Assembly (NCBI GenBank): GCA_963848505.1
Contig: CAWKEB010000002.1
Coordinates: forward strand, 911,239 to 975,238
Origin: Candidatus Krumholzibacteriia bacterium
Lineage (GTDB): Bacteria > Krumholzibacteriota > Krumholzibacteriia > LZORAL124-64-63
Length of the DNA: 64,000 nucleotides
Reading direction: 5' to 3'
In this document: positions 60,817 to 64,000 of the stretch, piece after piece
Position numbering within the stretch: position 1 is the first letter of the stretch
Layout of the letters: each line of letters opens with the position of its first letter
Notes under the pieces: generated by a model
What the model was told of the DNA's origin: nothing
Seen by the model: the letters and a program-made list of their open reading frames with translations, nothing else
The model's database searches: none
Translations under genes and position numbers: made by a program

Positions 60817-61650
60817 ATGACCAAGCAACGCAGCCTCCGCGGCAAGACCCTGCTGATCACCGGCGCCAGCCGCGGCATCGGCCGCGCCATCGCCCTGCGC
60901 GCGGCCCGGGACGGGGCCAACCTGGTGATCTGCGCCAAGACCACCACCGCCCACGCCAAGCTGCCGGGCACCATCTTCGACGCCGCGGCCGAGTGCGAGC
61001 AGGCCGGCGGCAAGGCTCTGGCCGTCAAGACCGACCTGCGCTTCGAGGAGGAGATCACCGCCGCCGTGCAGGCCGCGGTCGAGGCCTTCGGCGGCCTGGA
61101 CATCCTGGTCAACAACGCCAGCGCCCTGGGCCTGACCGGCACCCTCGAAACCACCACCAAGATGTTCGACCGCATGCACGGCATCAACGCCCGCGGCAGC
61201 TGGCTGATGACCCGCGAGGCGCTGCCCCACCTGCTGAAAGCGGACAATCCCCACGTCCTGAACCTCGCGCCGCCCCTGTCGATGAAGGCCAAGTGGTTCG
61301 CCGGCCACGCCGCCTACACCGCCGCCAAGTACGCCATGAGCATGTGGGTGCTGGGTATGAGCGCCGAGTTCGCCGAGCGCGGCGTCGCCGTCAACGCCCT
61401 CTGGCCGCAGACCACCATCGCCACGGCCGCCGTGCGCAACCTGCTGGGCGGCGAGCCCATGGTCGCGGCCAGCCGCGAGCCGGCGATCATGGGCGACGCG
61501 GCCCATGCCGTGCTGACCCGGCCGGCCCGCACCTGCACCGGCAACTTCTTCACCGACGAGGGCGTGCTGCGCGAGGAGGGCGTCACGGACTTCGAGCCGT
61601 ACGCCGTCAAGCCCGGCACGCCCCTGTGCCCCGACTTCTTCCTGGATTGA
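60817..61650 (+). CDS. SDR-family oxidoreductase
   Basis: TGASRGIGRAIA Rossmann motif, NNAS and YxxxK (YTAAK). Confidence 0.8.
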   Translation: MTKQRSLRGKTLLITGASRGIGRAIALRAARDGANLVICAKTTTAHAKLPGTIFDAAAECEQAGGKALAVKTDLRFEEEITAAVQAAVEAFGGLDILVNNASALGLTGTLETTTKMFDRMHGINARGSWLMTREALPHLLKADNPHVLNLAPPLSMKAKWFAGHAAYTAAKYAMSMWVLGMSAEFAERGVAVNALWPQTTIATAAVRNLLGGEPMVAASREPAIMGDAAHAVLTRPARTCTGNFFTDEGVLREEGVTDFEPYAVKPGTPLCPDFFLD

Positions 61651-61661
61651 AGCGAGGAACG

Positions 61662-63086
61662 ATGACCAAGACCAAGATCATCTGCACCATCGGCCCGGCC
61701 AGCCGCTCGCCCGAGGTGCTGCAGCGGCTGATCCAGGCGGGCATGAACGTCTGCCGGGTGAACTTCTCCCACGGCACCCACGAGGAGCACGCCGAGCTGA
61801 TCCGGGACATCCGCGCCGTCACCGCCAAGCTGGGGGCGTACGTGGCGATCCTGCAGGATCTGGCCGGGCCCAAGATCCGCACCGGCCGTTTGGCCGCCGG
61901 CGGCACCGTGACCCTGGTGCCTGGCGCGCGCCTGGTGCTGACCAATCGCGACGTGCCCGGCAGCGCCCAGGAGGTGGGCCTGACCTACCCCGACCTGCCG
62001 CTGAACGTGCGCCCGGGAGACACCATCCTGCTGGCGGACGGGGCCATGCAGCTGAAGGTGGAATCGACCACCGACACCGACGTCACCTGCACCGTCGAAG
62101 TCGGCGGCGAGCTGGGCAGCAACAAGGGCATCAACCTGCCCGGCCGCTCCATCAACGCGCCCATCCTCAGCGACAAGGACAAGGCCGACCTCGCCTTCGG
62201 TCTCGAGCAGGGCGTCGACTTCATCGCCCTGAGCTTCGTGCGCACCGCCCACGACGTCGAGACCGTGAAGAAGCGCATCGCCAAGGCCGGCAAGACCACG
62301 CCGCTGATCGCCAAGATCGAGAAGTTCGAGGCCCTGGACAACATCGACGAGATCATCGCCGTCGCCGACGGCATCATGGTGGCCCGCGGCGACCTGGGCG
62401 TGGAGATCCCCCTGGAGATGGTGCCCCGCGCCCAGAAGATGCTGATCCGGCGCACCAACGCCGCGGCCAAGCCGGTGATCACCGCCACCCAGATGCTCAA
62501 GTCCATGGTCGACAGCCCGCGACCCACCCGGGCCGAGGTCACCGACGTGGCCAACGCCATCTACGACGGCACCGACGCCATCATGCTCTCGGAGGAGACC
62601 GCGGTCGGCCGCTACCCGGTCGAGGCCGTCGAAGTCATGACCCGCGTCGCCCTGGACGTGGAGGCGGCGTTCGACTACGCCGGTTGGCTCGGCCACTGCG
62701 GCGCCGACAAGACCCTCAGCTTCAGCGCGGCCGTGGCCCACAGCGCCGTCGAGATGGCCCGCGACATCCAGGCCGCGGCCATCCTGACCTGCACCACCAG
62801 CGGCAGCACCACCCGCCTGGTGGCCCGCTACCGCCCCGAGCAGGTGCTGCTGGCGATCACGCCCCACCGGGAGACGGCCCTGCGCATGGCCCTGGTCCAC
62901 GGTGCGGTGCCCCTGGTGATCGAGGCCACCGAGGACACCCTGGCCCTGGAGAAGGTGGGGGTGGCGGCGGCCCTGCAGGGCGGGTTCGTCAAGCCGGGGC
63001 AGCCGGTGGTGATCACCGCGGGTCTGCCGTTCCACGTGTCGGGGTCCACGAACCTGATCAAGGTGGCGACGGCGGAGTGGGGTTGA
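61662..63086 (+). CDS. pyk: pyruvate kinase
   Basis: MTKTKIICTIGPAS… start with GAGGAA RBS. Conserved PK motifs (NFSHG, MVARGDLGVEIP). Confidence 0.9.
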   Translation: MTKTKIICTIGPASRSPEVLQRLIQAGMNVCRVNFSHGTHEEHAELIRDIRAVTAKLGAYVAILQDLAGPKIRTGRLAAGGTVTLVPGARLVLTNRDVPGSAQEVGLTYPDLPLNVRPGDTILLADGAMQLKVESTTDTDVTCTVEVGGELGSNKGINLPGRSINAPILSDKDKADLAFGLEQGVDFIALSFVRTAHDVETVKKRIAKAGKTTPLIAKIEKFEALDNIDEIIAVADGIMVARGDLGVEIPLEMVPRAQKMLIRRTNAAAKPVITATQMLKSMVDSPRPTRAEVTDVANAIYDGTDAIMLSEETAVGRYPVEAVEVMTRVALDVEAAFDYAGWLGHCGADKTLSFSAAVAHSAVEMARDIQAAAILTCTTSGSTTRLVARYRPEQVLLAITPHRETALRMALVHGAVPLVIEATEDTLALEKVGVAAALQGGFVKPGQPVVITAGLPFHVSGSTNLIKVATAEWG

Positions 63087-63087
63087 G

Positions 63088-64000
63088 CTACCAGATCACG
63101 ACGAAGCGGCCGACCACGTCCTCGAAATCCGCGCGGTTGGACTTCACCACGAAGAAGTAGATCCCGCTGTTGACCTCCTGGCCGTTGCGCGAGAGCAGGT
63201 TCCAGGCGGCTGAGCCGCCGGCCGCGCCGGTGCCGTCGTGCTCCAGGGTCTGCACCAGGTCTCCCGACGCGGTGTAGATCGTGATGGTGTTGTGGGCCTG
63301 CGGCAGGTTGGCGAACACCACCTGCATGCCGGTCGGGTTGTCGACCGACGGGTGCTGCTGGTCGAACTCGCCCAGGGCGTCGCGGGTCACCGGATTCGGA
63401 TAGAGGTAGATGTTGGCGCCCATCGAGGCCCGCTCGCCCGCGGTCTGGGCGTCGAAGCGGGGCACCGCCAGCCCGTAGTTGGTGCCGGGGTCGGCGCCGA
63501 CGCCCTTGCCCGCCTCGGCCCAGAGCGGGAGCTTCGGGTAGTACCACCAGGGGTAGGACGAGGTGTCGGCCAGGGCGTGGTCGGTGGCGGTCACGGCGTA
63601 GTAGTTGCGGAAGCCGTTGCGCACGTTGTCGTCGTGCATGGTGTAGAAGGACACGGCCCGCTTGGCGACCACGCTGCCGTCCTCGGTGCCCTCGCGTCCG
63701 GTCACGGCGAAGAAGGTGTCCAGCACCGTGGGCGCCCATTCCCAGGGCAGCAGCATCTCGTAGCCCGGCCGCGGCTCCCCGCCGGGCAGGCGCAGCGTGT
63801 CCAGTTCGCGGATGTCGTTGTCCGGGTCCGCGTCCACGAACTCGCGCATGGCCTGGTCCAGGCCCGCGAAGTCCGGGTCGTCCAGGCAGACGGGGCGGTA
63901 GACGATGGGCGCCAGGCCCGTGTTCATGCCCAGGGGCACGTCGCGGGGGCCGTAGGTCAGCCGGCGGGCCACGATGTTCACCACGTCCCACTCGCCGATC
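63088..64000 (-). CDS. secreted protein with C-terminal T9SS-type sorting domain (5' end outside window)
   Basis: The frame stays open to the window edge. The C-terminal ~80 aa (…TITIYTASGDLVQTLEHDG…NSGIYFFVVKSN…) are sorting-domain-like. Confidence 0.6.
   Translation of the reverse strand, partial: IGEWDVVNIVARRLTYGPRDVPLGMNTGLAPIVYRPVCLDDPDFAGLDQAMREFVDADPDNDIRELDTLRLPGGEPRPGYEMLLPWEWAPTVLDTFFAVTGREGTEDGSVVAKRAVSFYTMHDDNVRNGFRNYYAVTATDHALADTSSYPWWYYPKLPLWAEAGKGVGADPGTNYGLAVPRFDAQTAGERASMGANIYLYPNPVTRDALGEFDQQHPSVDNPTGMQVVFANLPQAHNTITIYTASGDLVQTLEHDGTGAAGGSAAWNLLSRNGQEVNSGIYFFVVKSNRADFEDVVGRFVVIW

Overview
The window is a very GC-rich (~70%) bacterial chromosomal segment with mostly unambiguous coding strand. 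I identified about 55 genes.

Content by theme:
- [NiFe]-hydrogenase: the 3' end of a large-subunit gene plus its maturation endopeptidase, followed by a response regulator and sensor kinase. The maturation genes sit in two separate loci, hypD-hypE (7.5-9.7 kb) and HAD-asparaginase-like-hypA-hypB-hypF (21.4-26.1 kb). No hypC is present in the window.
- Two-component systems: NtrY/NtrX-like, and a YfiR-like protein followed by a hybrid kinase.
- Cell envelope: a TonB-dependent receptor, an Omp85 protein, several small beta-barrel outer-membrane proteins, lipoproteins, an MsbA-like ABC exporter, DegP, an M16 peptidase pair and an M64 peptidase.
- Housekeeping: def, pyk, an SDR, a futalosine-pathway radical-SAM enzyme, and a Na/Pi cotransporter with a PhoU-like partner.
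- Secretion: four proteins carry C-terminal T9SS-type sorting domains (Por_Secre_tail / FlgD-Ig-like). A PorV/TraF-like barrel is also present. This suggests a non-Bacteroidota lineage in the Fibrobacterota-Chlorobiota-Bacteroidota (FCB) group, such as Gemmatimonadota or a candidate phylum; this is inference.

Most notable observations:
- An Hcp (T6SS tube)-fold domain fused to a Sec signal peptide and a T9SS sorting domain.
- A glycogen phosphorylase gene that is lower in GC than its surroundings and carries three +1 frameshifts.
- Three further +1 frameshifts in otherwise conserved genes (a lipoprotein, the M64 peptidase, the NtrX-like activator). All six frameshifts run in the same direction, so sequencing indels must be excluded before calling them pseudogenes.
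- An unusual HAD/asparaginase-like extension of the hypABF operon.
- Several near-consensus sigma70-type promoters standing out as AT-rich islands.

No rRNA, tRNA, CRISPR array or mobile element was recognised. Many long antisense and overlapping ORFs in the six-frame track are GC-composition artefacts.
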